From Felis catus (taxonomy: Eukaryota), in NCBI RefSeq assembly GCF_018350175.1, contig NC_058368.1, positions 120,034,001 through 120,098,000 of the forward strand: 64,000 bases of DNA, in the 5' to 3' direction. The notes under the pieces were generated by a model. It saw only the letters and a list, made by a program, of their open reading frames with translations. It was not told the origin of the DNA and did no database searches. Numbering within the stretch: position 1 is the first letter of the stretch; each line of letters starts with the position of its first letter. Below are positions 63,215 to 64,000 of the stretch, piece after piece. Made by a program: the position numbers and the translations under genes.

Positions 63215-63580
63215 TTCTATCAGCTACGATTTTGGTATTGGCAAGAAAAATGTGACATTCACATGCACTGAAGAGATTTTAATAAAGTGACTATTTACAA
63301 AGCTGTGATCACAATTGAGAGAAGATAACAAAGGCTGGTGAAGCACCCTAACTATTGCAAATGCAGTATTCGTTACCACCCGTAGGCCTACAGGGGCAAG
63401 GAGAGGGAGCTGTTGGCTGAATTCAGAGTGTTTGTGGTTATAGGAGAGGACCATTTAACTGAAGCTTTGATTTGAACAGTGAGTAGCAGACAAGTCCTCC
63501 CTAATAGGAAGGGTTCCAGAGGAACACCTCACATCCCACCGCTGTTCATCTGTGCTTGCCACTGGCCACATTGGACTGGA
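63215..63580 (-). mobile_element. Old LTR (LTR79-like), probable 5' LTR of the ERVL remnant
   Basis: tttaataaagtgactatttacaaag...ggtgaagcaccc resembles the recalled antisense LTR79-type sequence; abuts the internal leader. Confidence 0.5.
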
Positions 63581-63699
63581 AGTTAGATACAAGGTAGCCT
63601 GTTGTTCTGCTCCACAGTCCTCTCCAGAGCAGAAAGCAGGATGGGTAAAATGGAGAGCAATTGTTAGGTGTAATAGGAAACAGACAGCCCAAGGAGCTA

Positions 63700-64000
63700 C
63701 TGTCATATCCCCATTTTATAGATCAGAAAATCAGGGTTCTGAGAGCAGGAGTCACCTGCCCAACGGCATTCGGCTCACTATCTGGGATTTCAACAAAAAT
63801 GAACCAAGTCTAGTCATTCAGTGGAAACTGCCACAAAAAGCAATCATTTGCCATTTTACTCTACAGAGAATTTTCTCCCTAAACAAGTTTCGTTTGTCAC
63901 TAAAAATGCTTCTGAGGTAGGAATTGCTATTATTTTATTTTACAGATGCAAAAGCTGGGTTCTGGAGAGCTTAAACTGTGTCCGTAAGCTTCCCACTTGT
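63700..64000 (-). mobile_element. MIR remnants (two cores)
   Basis: atccccattttatagatcagaaaatcaggg and attttacagatgcaaaagctggg. Confidence 0.65.

Noticed and set aside
55230..64000. ~9 kb free of Can-SINEs, suggesting constraint
   Set aside because: More than half appears to be a decayed ERVL, so the gap is not good evidence of function.

Overview
This is mammalian genomic DNA, almost certainly felid (young SINEC_Fc-type Can-SINEs, carnivore L1). It is repeat-dense intergenic or intronic sequence with no recognisable host protein-coding gene. It contains two young, inverted L1 copies: a 5'-truncated + copy at 539-4656 and a full-length - copy at 20487-26391. There are about 32 Can-SINEs, two tailless U2 snRNA 5'-fragment retropseudogenes with TSDs, and old DNA transposons (Charlie1-, MER58-, MER5-, MER82- and Tigger2-like). 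Old LTRs, an ERVL gag fragment and a heavily decayed ~5 kb ERVL-type gag-pro-pol provirus that the ORF track misses are also present. The most notable observations are: a 285-bp perfectly identical tract shared by the two otherwise diverged L1s (candidate gene conversion); target-site complementarity at an L1 truncation point; a three-level nested insertion stack; a poly(A)-only TPRT scar; and a candidate 213-nt symmetric exon. I found no convincing new biological system. Repeat family names come from my recollection of consensus sequences, not a database search, and boundaries of old elements are approximate.
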